NCBI GenBank assembly: GCA_038064575.1
Contig: JBBTST010000019.1
Location: 1-47,155 of the forward strand
From: Patescibacteria group bacterium
Lineage (GTDB): Bacteria > Patescibacteriota > WWE3 > UBA101185 > 2-01-FULL-41-18
Reading direction: 5' to 3'
Length of the DNA stretch: 47,155 bases
Shown one piece after another: positions 29,063-38,076 of the stretch. A program made the translations under genes and the position numbers. The notes under the pieces were generated by a model that had not been told where the DNA came from, ran no database searches, and worked only from the letters and a program-made list of their open reading frames with translations. Every line of letters begins with the position of its first letter. The stretch's first letter is position 1.

Positions 29063-30055
29063 ATGTTTAGGAATGCTGCCCTGACTTTTGTACTTTTGCT
29101 AGTTACATTTGTTGTTGTGTCTTTTGGAATCTTTAAACTTTTTAGTTCTGGTTTTTTTCCGTTCAATAAAGTTATCCAAAAACCTCTTTCCAAAGAGAGT
29201 ATGTCTAGTAAAGAGACTTATACCCACCTTGGAAAGACTCTTGAGGGCTATCCATATACTTCTTACAAAAAAGTATCTGAGCAGAAAAAAAAAGTACTTG
29301 AGTCAGAAGTTAAAAAAACTGCTTCTGGGGAATGGGAGACGGTTTTTGATGAATATGGCTTTATCCTATCAGTTTTAACTCCTGATTTTGGGCTTGTGGA
29401 TAAGAGTACTAGTTATGAGGAACCTGTTACTCAGGCTGAGCTTAGAAAAGTAGAGCAGTTTATTCTTGAAAACAGCCGGTATTTTGGTATTGAATCTACT
29501 TCTTCAGTTAAATTTAATAAAGCGCTTATTCCATATAGTACCGTAAGCCATATTGCAAGCCAAAATAAGGAAAGTGTAGTCTTTGAGAAAGGCGCGGTTA
29601 TAAGTTCTCCTGATTTTGGGAAGCATGGAGCAATCTTCATAGAAAGAAGTATGAGAGAACTTGGACAGGGTGCAGAATTAGATATTTATGGACATTATTG
29701 GCCGGAGGTTAGTCTTCCAGAAAACCCTCTTATCTCAGAAGAACAGTTAAGAAATGAATTTGTTGGTAAAGACTATAGACATATTGAATATATCCTTTGT
29801 GATTCGTCAGTTGACAGTTCCAAAGATCAAGTTCGCTTTGGAGTTCCTTCAGGTTGTTCTGAAGAAAAAGAACTTATACAAAAGATAGCAGATAAGGATT
29901 TGGAGGTTTTACTAAAAACATTCTTTTATGAAAACCTGGCAAAAAATCAAGTTGAAGTTAGGCTTGCGTATGAAGTAAAACTGACTGTGTCCCCTGGTTT
30001 TGTAAAGGTAATTGATGCAGTTACGGGAGAACTCCTTAGTAGTAGGCAACTCTGA
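29063..30055 (+). CDS. Membrane-anchored/secreted protein ending in a PepSY-like (M4/M36 propeptide) motif, no catalytic domain
   Basis: N-terminal TM; QFILENSRYFGI, P.ISEEQ, RLAYEV...VIDAVTGELL. Confidence 0.6.
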   Translation: MFRNAALTFVLLLVTFVVVSFGIFKLFSSGFFPFNKVIQKPLSKESMSSKETYTHLGKTLEGYPYTSYKKVSEQKKKVLESEVKKTASGEWETVFDEYGFILSVLTPDFGLVDKSTSYEEPVTQAELRKVEQFILENSRYFGIESTSSVKFNKALIPYSTVSHIASQNKESVVFEKGAVISSPDFGKHGAIFIERSMRELGQGAELDIYGHYWPEVSLPENPLISEEQLRNEFVGKDYRHIEYILCDSSVDSSKDQVRFGVPSGCSEEKELIQKIADKDLEVLLKTFFYENLAKNQVEVRLAYEVKLTVSPGFVKVIDAVTGELLSSRQL

Positions 30056-30062
30056 GATTGTG

Positions 30063-32030
30063 ATGACATCTTTAACGCACTTAAAAGTAAATAGGTTTAT
30101 ACTGCTTACTAATTTTGGTCTTACCATTTTATTTGCTGTTGGTCTTTTGGCTTTTTCAGTCGGGACATCAAATGCTGCAACGTCAAGCTCCTGTGAGCTT
30201 TCCACAACTTGCGGAGGTTCCCTTTGCAATCCCAATAATCCTTCTGAGATTTGTTGTTGCTGCGACCTGTGTGAAAAAGTTGATTTATCCATTTGTCCCG
30301 TTGATAAATACCCCAACTGCAAAAACTTAACAGGCCAAACTAAAGTTTATCCCGGTAAGGCCTACCAATATACCGCTTTCTATGAAGACTATAACGGTCC
30401 TGTAACTAAGGAAGGTTTAGTCGTTTATGGAAACAGTTGTTCAGATATCAAAACAGCGCTTTCTTATACTGGGGGACCAGGTAGTCGTACTTTTGAGTGG
30501 GTGCCACCGGCCCAGGGAAACTATTCTATGTATTGTCTTGCATGGAATGGGAATGACTCGGTTTGTAAAGGCGATTGTGTAGAGGGTCCTCCCCAATTTT
30601 CCTGTATTGGCCCAGCCAGTAAATTAGCCATATGTACACTTCCGGAAATAGTGACTGGTTTGGTAGCCTTAGATAAAGACTTGTGTGGTAAAACAAACAC
30701 ATCTCTTAGTTGGAACCCTTCAATTGGAGTTGAGAGTTATACTATTTTAATTGATGATACTTCCTCTCCTCCAACAGATTGTTCATCAAATTTTGATCAA
30801 CCGTTTTCAGGAGATACTTGTTATAGGACTAGTGAAACCTCATTGCCCATTTCTTTAGTGGTGGGGAAGACATATAAATCAACTGTTACCCCAAATAACG
30901 CTTGTGGTGTTGGTACTGAATCTGCAGCAACAATCGCCTTAGACAATACACCTTGTGAAAAGTATACACTCTCAACAACCTGTGATGGGACTGAGAATGG
31001 GAGCACTGTCTCAGTGGATTCTGGCAGTACATTTAATCCAAGGTCAACTTATCGGTTGGTAGCTTATCTTGCAGGTACCAATAGTATAGCTTCCACAGCC
31101 AATTCGATCAGTGCAACTGCTGTTAAAGTAACTTTTTTAGGCTGGTCTCCAAAACTTGAACAAAAACACTATGACATAGAGTTAATGCAAGTTTCTCCCT
31201 TCCCTGAAGTTTCTCTTCGAAAATTTTTAGATGTAAATCTTGAGGGGTGTACGGCTTGTGATAAGAAGGCGGTCGATGTTGTCTTTACTGTAGACAGGTC
31301 GGGTAGTATGACCTCTACTTATGAATTTAATGGTGTCTCCAAAACCCAAATAGAATGGGCTAAAGATTCGGCAAGGTCGCTTTTGAGCGCATTTTCACAA
31401 AACCCAAGTTGGGAAGTTGGGAACATAAGGTTTTCAACAATGTCATTTGCGGGGAGTATGGCAGATACAACCGTTCACAACACTCTTTCTTCAGATTACT
31501 CTACTATCTTGTCAGCTATAGATTCCATAAGTTATGGGCAAGGCGGTACCTGTGGGGAGTGTCCTATCATTAAAGCCTACGACCTTTATAACAGCCCTCG
31601 CTCCGATGGGAAACAGGCGACCAAACTGAACATTCTTCTTACGGATGCGCTTTTTAACAGGGATCTGAATGGTGTGAGGGTGCCTGATGCCAAGCAGAAG
31701 GGTATAGATGCAGCTGATGCAGGAAGAAGCAAGGGTATAGCATACTACGTTGCTGCATTCGGTAACAGTTTTAGCGCCCCAACAGCCAAAGCGGTTGCCA
31801 ATGATCCAGACGCCCGCTACTACAGTTATAGAAGGAACATAGGCGAGTGGTCGGAAGGCATGGCCGAGTTTGAGGACGCAATTTGCGAGGATATTTATAT
31901 AACTATTTCCTCAGGCGGTTCGAGCAATTCGGGTCAGTCTGTGAGGGGTGCCTATTCCTCAACGCTTGTGTTTTCATTTTGGGACAAGGTTATGGCACTT
32001 TTTTCAAGAATTATTGGACTCTTTGAATGA
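30063..32030 (+). CDS. Secreted Cys-rich surface protein with FN3-like and vWA domains
   Basis: Signal peptide ending SNA; Cys-rich N-terminus; LSWNPS..VESY FN3-like segment; vWA MIDAS DRSGS..GGT..LLTD; amphipathic C-terminal helix. Confidence 0.78.
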   Translation: MTSLTHLKVNRFILLTNFGLTILFAVGLLAFSVGTSNAATSSSCELSTTCGGSLCNPNNPSEICCCCDLCEKVDLSICPVDKYPNCKNLTGQTKVYPGKAYQYTAFYEDYNGPVTKEGLVVYGNSCSDIKTALSYTGGPGSRTFEWVPPAQGNYSMYCLAWNGNDSVCKGDCVEGPPQFSCIGPASKLAICTLPEIVTGLVALDKDLCGKTNTSLSWNPSIGVESYTILIDDTSSPPTDCSSNFDQPFSGDTCYRTSETSLPISLVVGKTYKSTVTPNNACGVGTESAATIALDNTPCEKYTLSTTCDGTENGSTVSVDSGSTFNPRSTYRLVAYLAGTNSIASTANSISATAVKVTFLGWSPKLEQKHYDIELMQVSPFPEVSLRKFLDVNLEGCTACDKKAVDVVFTVDRSGSMTSTYEFNGVSKTQIEWAKDSARSLLSAFSQNPSWEVGNIRFSTMSFAGSMADTTVHNTLSSDYSTILSAIDSISYGQGGTCGECPIIKAYDLYNSPRSDGKQATKLNILLTDALFNRDLNGVRVPDAKQKGIDAADAGRSKGIAYYVAAFGNSFSAPTAKAVANDPDARYYSYRRNIGEWSEGMAEFEDAICEDIYITISSGGSSNSGQSVRGAYSSTLVFSFWDKVMALFSRIIGLFE

Positions 32031-32046
32031 GTAGTTAAGTCCGTGG

Positions 32047-32075
32047 TTGACACAAAAGAGCTTTATTGATAGAGT
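32047..32075 (+). promoter_or_regulatory. Dedicated fusA promoter
   Basis: TTGACA, 17-bp spacer, TAGAGT with TG extension. Confidence 0.7.
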
Positions 32076-32139
32076 ATCCACTGCTTAAAACTAGGTTTTT
32101 GAAGTCTTTCCTGTATTAGGAATTTTTTAATAAAAAGCT

Positions 32140-34221
32140 ATGGCTCAAACATCTGATAAGAAGTACCCTCTTGAGAAAATAAGAAATATTGGAATTATTG
32201 CTCATATTGATGCGGGAAAAACCACCACAACCGAATCGGTCCTTTTTTATACGCATAAAATTCATAAGATAGGTGAGGTTCATACAGGGGATACAACCAT
32301 GGATTGGATGCCTCAGGAAAGAGAAAGAGGCATAACTATAACTTCAGCCGCCACAACATGCTTTTGGAAGGACATTAGAATAAATATAATTGATACTCCG
32401 GGGCACGTTGACTTCACGGCAGAAGTTGAAAGATCCCTCAGGGTTTTGGATGGCGCTGTTGTTGTGTTTGACGGAAAAATGGGTGTTGAGCCTCAATCTG
32501 AAACAGTTTGGAGGCAGGCGGATAAATATCATGTTCCCAGAATTTGTTTTATAAATAAAATCAATCAGATAGGAGGAGATTTTTATAAGTCTTTAGGTTC
32601 TATTCATGAAAGACTTGGTAAAAACGCAACCCCAATTCACATTCCAATAGGTTATGAAAAAGATATAGTGGGAGTCATAGACCTTGTTGAGATGAAGGCT
32701 TACACTTATAAGGATTTTCATCAGGACAAGCTTGAGGAAGCTGAAATTCCGGAGGAATTATTAGAAAAAGCCAAACATTACAGAAGTATCCTTGTTGAAA
32801 AAGTGGTTGAACATGATGACAAATTAATGGAAAAGTTCTTGTCTGGGGAAGACCTTTCCTTGGAAGAGCTCAAGTTTGCAGTTAGAAAAGCTACACTTTC
32901 CGGCAGGTTTTTCCCAATTACTGGAGGAGATGGCAGGGGCGTTATGGTTACGGCAATACTAGAGGCTGTTAGAGAGTATTTGCCAACTCCTCTTGACAGA
33001 GCTTTGTTAGAGGCTGAGGATCTGGATGGAAATAGAGTTGGTTTGATGACTCCAGACACAGAAACTAAGACCACAGCACTCGCTTTTAAAATTCAAACTG
33101 ACCCATTTATTGGAAGACTTACCTTTGTTCGTGTCTATACAGGTGCTTTAAAAAACGGAACTTATATTTTGAATTCTTCTAAAAACAGTAAAGAAAGATT
33201 GTCAAGGCTTGTACTGATGCATGCCAATCAGAGAGAAGAGGTTACTGAGCTCTTGGCCGGTGAGATTGGAGCTGCGGTTGGGCTTAAGGATACCAGTACC
33301 GGAGATACACTTTGTATGGAGGATACTCCTTTAATTTTGGAAAATATTAAGTTTCCTGATCCTGTCATCTCCCTTGTCATAGAGCCAAAAACAAAAGTTG
33401 ATAGAGATAAGCTTGGCGAGGCTCTTAAAAAACTTTCTGAAGAAGACCCTACGTTTAAGCTTAGTAGTAACTCAGAAACAGGTCAGACTTTAATTTCTGG
33501 TATGGGAGAGCTGCACCTTGAAATTAAAGTTGATAGGCTTAAGCGTGAATTTGGTGTTGAGGTTAATACTGGAAAGCCTCAGGTTGCCTATAGAGAAACA
33601 ATTAGAACTTCTGTTGAGCAGGAAGGAAAGTATATCAAGCAATCAGGAGGTAGGGGTCAGTATGGGCATGTCAACATTAAGCTTGATCCACTTGGAAGAG
33701 GTGAAGGCTACAAATTTATCAATAAGGTAGTAGGAGGCTCTATCCCAAAGGAGTACCATCCGGCTGTTGAGAAAGGTATAAAAGAGGCGTTGGAGTCAGG
33801 AGTTGTGGCGGGATATCCCGTTGTTGATGTTTCAGTCACTTTGTATGATGGATCCTTCCATGAAGTTGACTCCTCTGAAATCGCTTTTAAGATGGCCTCA
33901 ATAGAGGCTTTTAAGGATGGTATGAGGAGAGCGCACCCTGTGCTTTTGGAGCCTGTTATGAAAGTGGAAGTTATAGCAACTGAAGAGTTTATGGGGGATA
34001 TTATTGGAAACCTGTCTTCGCGCCGAGGTCGCATAGAAGGAACCGAAATGCGGGGAAACGCAAAAGTTATTTCTGCGCTTGTACCTTTATCTGAAATGTT
34101 TGGCTACGCAACAGATTTAAGAGGCATGACTCAAGGGCGAGCAAACTTTGTGATGGAACCAAGCCACTATGAGGAAGTTCCCAATAACGTTGTAGAACAG
34201 ATAAAGAGTAAAAAATCCTAG
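32140..34221 (+). CDS. fusA: Elongation factor G
   Basis: [36 protein letters not shown]; located between rpsG and tuf. Confidence 0.98.
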   Translation: MAQTSDKKYPLEKIRNIGIIAHIDAGKTTTTESVLFYTHKIHKIGEVHTGDTTMDWMPQERERGITITSAATTCFWKDIRINIIDTPGHVDFTAEVERSLRVLDGAVVVFDGKMGVEPQSETVWRQADKYHVPRICFINKINQIGGDFYKSLGSIHERLGKNATPIHIPIGYEKDIVGVIDLVEMKAYTYKDFHQDKLEEAEIPEELLEKAKHYRSILVEKVVEHDDKLMEKFLSGEDLSLEELKFAVRKATLSGRFFPITGGDGRGVMVTAILEAVREYLPTPLDRALLEAEDLDGNRVGLMTPDTETKTTALAFKIQTDPFIGRLTFVRVYTGALKNGTYILNSSKNSKERLSRLVLMHANQREEVTELLAGEIGAAVGLKDTSTGDTLCMEDTPLILENIKFPDPVISLVIEPKTKVDRDKLGEALKKLSEEDPTFKLSSNSETGQTLISGMGELHLEIKVDRLKREFGVEVNTGKPQVAYRETIRTSVEQEGKYIKQSGGRGQYGHVNIKLDPLGRGEGYKFINKVVGGSIPKEYHPAVEKGIKEALESGVVAGYPVVDVSVTLYDGSFHEVDSSEIAFKMASIEAFKDGMRRAHPVLLEPVMKVEVIATEEFMGDIIGNLSSRRGRIEGTEMRGNAKVISALVPLSEMFGYATDLRGMTQGRANFVMEPSHYEEVPNNVVEQIKSKKS

Positions 34222-34254
34222 AGTAATAACAGCGTGTGTTATAACTTTAATAGT

Positions 34255-34494
34255 ATGAAAAACCCGGAAATAAATGATGTTAAGTTAGACCTTGAAGAGG
34301 TTTTAGGTGATGAAGATCGGCTGAAGACTATCTTTGAAGATTTAGACAATCTGCCAAGCTCTGTGAAAGAAAAGGTACTCAGGGATATTACCTTAACTCA
34401 GGATCATCCCCAGCTTGCAGTGTATGCTAGAGAGTTCTTACAAAAATATAGTGATTTTAAAGAGAAAAAAGGAGGAGACTCAGCTTCTTTTTAG
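34255..34494 (+). CDS. Small acidic hypothetical protein
   Basis: ATG 34255 with TAACTT 7 nt upstream; its tail runs into a DHHA1 remnant. Confidence 0.5.
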   Translation: MKNPEINDVKLDLEEVLGDEDRLKTIFEDLDNLPSSVKEKVLRDITLTQDHPQLAVYAREFLQKYSDFKEKKGGDSASF

Positions 34495-34642
34495 GTCGCA
34501 CGCATTAAATTTTGACGTTTGCGAATTTGCCAAAAAGTTTGATGGTGATGGGCATAAAGTAGCAGCTGGCACAAGGCTTTCCAGCTCGAAAAGTGTGGAG
34601 GAGGGGGGTGAGCTAGTGCTTACTAAATCGAATCTTAATTAA
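34456..34642 (+). pseudogene. Frameshifted DHHA1 domain remnant (NrnA-like C-terminus)
   Basis: FKEKKGGDSASF in one frame joins RSHALNFDV..FAKKFDGDGHKVAAG in the +1 frame across the T run 34488-34492. Confidence 0.65.
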
Positions 34643-35093
34643 GCTAAGCAATGTGCTCTTTGAGGTATAAGAGTGATGTTTCTCAATTTTTTTAAAACAG
34701 TAATTAGATGAAGTAACTCGTGGCATAAGTAAACTATCGAATAGTTCTTCCGGTCTTGGCTGTGTTCCCAGCAAATTAAATTACTGTCCATTAACGTATA
34801 CATCAAAATAAGCCTGTTTATTAACAGGTTCTCTTATTGTTTACAAAGGGGTTTATTTAATAGTAAATTGTTTTCATCTATGGGAAAGGCTGAAAAACTT
34901 GAAACAGGCGTTTTTAGTGGTTTTCTTTCAGACCTGCCGCAAATCCCGTCATCATCTATTAATCCCCTTGCATTTTTGTTAAAATTTTGGCAAACTGTCT
35001 TGCGTCATAAGTATAAATTTGATTTTTTACTTTAGCGACTAGATAAAGGGCAGGACGCGCCTCGTTATTTGTCTCTAAAGGGAAAAGGAATAA

Positions 35094-36272
35094 ATGGCGG
35101 AATATATTAGAAACAAACCCCACGTAAATATTGGAACCATGGGTCACGTTGACCACGGTAAGACCACTCTTACAGCAGCTATTACCAAGGTGCTAGCCAG
35201 CAAAGGCAAGGCCGAGTTTAGAGCTTACGATACAATCGACAAAGCCCCCGAAGAAAAAGCAAGAGGGATTACCATTAATATTACGCACGTAGAGTATGAG
35301 ACCGATGCCAGACACTATGCCCATATAGACATGCCTGGTCACAAAGATTACATAAAAAACATGATCACAGGTGCCGCTCAAACAGACGGCGCTATTCTTG
35401 TTGTGTCGGCCCCAGATGGTCCTATGCCTCAAACAAGAGAGCACATCCTTCTTGCGCGTCAGGTAAACGTCCCAGCACTGGTAGTTTTTATGAATAAGTG
35501 CGATATGGTCCAAGACAAGGAGCTTATTGACCTTGTTGAGGTTGAGATCAGAGAGCTTTTGACCAAGTACGGTTACAAGGGAGACGATGTGCCTGTAATT
35601 AAAGGTTCAGCAACTAAAGCTTTGGAAGGCGACGCCGATTCAATAAAGGCAATAGAGGACTTGATGGTTGCGGTTGACTCTTATATTCCAACCCCGGTTA
35701 GAGATCTTGAAAAGCCCTTTTTGATGCCAATCGAGGATGTGTTTTCAATTAAGGGAAGAGGTACAGTTGCAACCGGAAAGATTGATAGAGGAGTTGTGAA
35801 AATTGGAGAGGAAATAGAGATTGTTGGAATTAAAGATACACAAAAGACTGTAGTTACCGGAATTGAAATGTTTCACAAGCAAATGCAGGAAGGTCAGGCC
35901 GGAGATAACGCTGGTGTACTTTTGAGGGGTGTTGAGAGAGAGCAGATAGAAAGAGGTCAGGTTTTAGCAAAACCGGGGTCCATTAAGCCTCATAGCGAAT
36001 TTGAGGGTCAAATCTATGTTCTTTCAAAAGAGGAAAATGGCAGACACACGCCGTTCTTTTCAGGCTACAGACCTCAGTTTTATGTAAGAACTACAGACGT
36101 AACTGGTGAAGTAACTCTGCCTGCTGGAACAGAAATGGTTATGCCTGGTGATGATGTTAAGGTAACTGTCAAGCTTATAACTCCAATTGCTTTGGAAGAG
36201 GGGTCAAAATTTGCAATTAGAGAAGGCGGAAGTACGGTTGGAGCAGGAGTAATTACTAAAATTATTGCCTAA
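35094..36272 (+). CDS. tuf: Elongation factor Tu
   Basis: [33 protein letters not shown]; AAGGA SD. Confidence 0.99.
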   Translation: MAEYIRNKPHVNIGTMGHVDHGKTTLTAAITKVLASKGKAEFRAYDTIDKAPEEKARGITINITHVEYETDARHYAHIDMPGHKDYIKNMITGAAQTDGAILVVSAPDGPMPQTREHILLARQVNVPALVVFMNKCDMVQDKELIDLVEVEIRELLTKYGYKGDDVPVIKGSATKALEGDADSIKAIEDLMVAVDSYIPTPVRDLEKPFLMPIEDVFSIKGRGTVATGKIDRGVVKIGEEIEIVGIKDTQKTVVTGIEMFHKQMQEGQAGDNAGVLLRGVEREQIERGQVLAKPGSIKPHSEFEGQIYVLSKEENGRHTPFFSGYRPQFYVRTTDVTGEVTLPAGTEMVMPGDDVKVTVKLITPIALEEGSKFAIREGGSTVGAGVITKIIA

Positions 36273-36283
36273 AGAATGTATCT

Positions 36284-36592
36284 ATGAAGGGTGTGAGAAT
36301 TAGGATAAAACTTAAAGCGTATGATAGCAGGATTATTGATCAATCTGCATCTAGGATTGTTGATACTGCTGTGAGAACAGGAGCTAAAGTTTCAGGTCCT
36401 ATTCCGCTCCCAACAGACATTGAGCGGTATACTGTTATCAGAGGTCCGCATATTGATAAGAGATCAAGAGAGCAGTTTGAAATAAGAACTCACAAGAGGC
36501 TCATAGATATCATAGAACCAACAGGAACAACAATTGATAGTTTGTCGCATCTTAATTTACCTGCCGGGTGTGGTATAGAGATTAAGATGTAA
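36284..36592 (+). CDS. rpsJ: 30S ribosomal protein uS10
   Basis: [32 protein letters not shown]. Confidence 0.98.
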   Translation: MKGVRIRIKLKAYDSRIIDQSASRIVDTAVRTGAKVSGPIPLPTDIERYTVIRGPHIDKRSREQFEIRTHKRLIDIIEPTGTTIDSLSHLNLPAGCGIEIKM

Positions 36593-36659
36593 GTAACTGT
36601 ATAACAATGCTAAATCTTAAAAAGTCTTTTTTTTTAAGAATAGGGATTTTTTGATAATA

Positions 36660-36704
36660 TTAGGTGCGTGCTTGATTTGATAAGCGCCTAAACGGCGTTT
36701 TTTT
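36660..36704 (+). promoter_or_regulatory. Candidate attenuator (overlapping terminator/antiterminator) before rplC
   Basis: TTAGGTGC/GCGCCTAA stem overlaps AAGCGCC/GGCGTTT stem plus T7 run. Confidence 0.55.
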
Positions 36705-36709
36705 GTTGT

Positions 36710-37135
36710 ATGAAACTGGAAGCTAAAAAGTTGAATATGTCTCAGATTTTTCTTCCCGATGGCAGAGTAGTTCCCGTAACTATAGTGTTAGTTGAGGGAG
36801 ACTTTTCTGGTGATTTGGAGGGAAAAGAAGTTGTTGTTGTGGGTAAGTCAAAAGGTGCGGGTTTTACAGGAGTTATGAAAAGGCATGGTTTTCATGGAAC
36901 ACAAGCCACTCACGGACAATCGGACAGAGCAAGAGCTCCAGGGGCCTCCAGTTCAGGTACTGATTTGGGAAGAGTTCTTAAAGGTACAAGAAGATCTGGC
37001 AGACACGGAAATAAAAGAGTGACACTTAAGAATTTAAAAATTCATTCTGCAGATAGTCAATCTAAAACGCTTAAAATTTCCGGTCCTCTTCCTGGAGCCA
37101 GAAATTCAAGGATAATTATAGAGGTTTTGGAATAG
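36710..37135 (+). CDS. rplC: 50S ribosomal protein uL3, internally shortened
   Basis: K..MSQIF..DG.VVPVT, SKG.GF.GVMKRH, THG....RAPG, G..PGA; 141 aa. Confidence 0.95.
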   Translation: MKLEAKKLNMSQIFLPDGRVVPVTIVLVEGDFSGDLEGKEVVVVGKSKGAGFTGVMKRHGFHGTQATHGQSDRARAPGASSSGTDLGRVLKGTRRSGRHGNKRVTLKNLKIHSADSQSKTLKISGPLPGARNSRIIIEVLE

Positions 37136-37140
37136 AAAAT

Positions 37141-37779
37141 ATGGAAAAGAAGGAACTTAAAAAAAAATTAAAAGAAACCCCAAAATCTAATACTTCTGAA
37201 GAAAAACTTACAAAAACAGAAAATGTTTTTGATTTTCCGGTGAATAAAGATCTGCTTTCCCTGTATGTAAGAGTTTTTAGGGCAAATGCAAGACAAGGAA
37301 CTTCAAGCACAAAAACAAAAGGTGAAGTGTCAGGAGGTGGTAAAAAACCTTGGAGGCAAAAAGGCACTGGACGTGCAAGGCAGGGGTCTATCAGATCCCC
37401 ACAATGGGTACACGGTGGGATTTCCCATGGGCCAAAGCCTAAGGACTGGTCATTGACTCTAAGCCCAAGATTTAAGAAGGAAAGTCTTAAATCAGCTCTT
37501 GCCCTTAAGTCTTTACAGAAAAATATTAGAATTCTTGAGAGCTTTAATATCAATGAAGGTAAAACAAAAGATTTTATAAAAATACTAAAAGAAAATCAGC
37601 TTACAGGTTCGAGCCTATTTATAACACCCAAATACAATGCAAAATTCTATAAAGCCGGAAGGAATGTGAGAGGTGTGGAAATTGCCTCTTCTGAAACTGT
37701 AAACCCTTATGAAATCTTAAAAGCTAAAACCCTGGTGCTAGTTGCCGACAGTGTTAAGGCCTTGAAAGACAGAATATGA
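37141..37779 (+). CDS. rplD: 50S ribosomal protein uL4
   Basis: EVSGGGKKPWRQKGTGRARQGSIRSP. Confidence 0.98.
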   Translation: MEKKELKKKLKETPKSNTSEEKLTKTENVFDFPVNKDLLSLYVRVFRANARQGTSSTKTKGEVSGGGKKPWRQKGTGRARQGSIRSPQWVHGGISHGPKPKDWSLTLSPRFKKESLKSALALKSLQKNIRILESFNINEGKTKDFIKILKENQLTGSSLFITPKYNAKFYKAGRNVRGVEIASSETVNPYEILKAKTLVLVADSVKALKDRI

Positions 37780-38075
37780 AGTTAGACAAAGTTTTACTAA
37801 AACCAATAATTACAGAAAAATCTGCAGTGTTTGCAAAAGATGCCGTTTTTACTTTTGAGGTGGCTTTAAGGGCTACTAAAAATGCTATTAAAGAGAGTAC
37901 AAAGAAGTTGTTTAACGTTACGCCTTTAAAAGTTAAGACTGTGATAGTACCCGGAAGGATGAAAAGAATTCCCGGAATGAGAAAGTTTATCAAAACTTCA
38001 AAATGGAAAAAAGCATTTATCGCCCTTAAGAAAGGTCAGTCCATAAGTTTATTTGAAATAGGAGAGAAAAAGTAA
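37776..38075 (+). CDS. rplW: 50S ribosomal protein uL23
   Basis: PIITEKS, WKKAFIALKKG; operon position. Confidence 0.96.
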   Translation: MKLDKVLLKPIITEKSAVFAKDAVFTFEVALRATKNAIKESTKKLFNVTPLKVKTVIVPGRMKRIPGMRKFIKTSKWKKAFIALKKGQSISLFEIGEKK

Positions 38076-38076
38076 T

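Noticed and set aside
31540-31920. Diversity-generating retroelement variable region in the vWA gene
   Set aside because: No template repeat or reverse transcriptase seen; only a 10-bp internal repeat (AAGGGTATAG)
34643-35093. tRNA cluster upstream of tuf
   Set aside because: No GTTCRA T-loop or cloverleaf found on either strand
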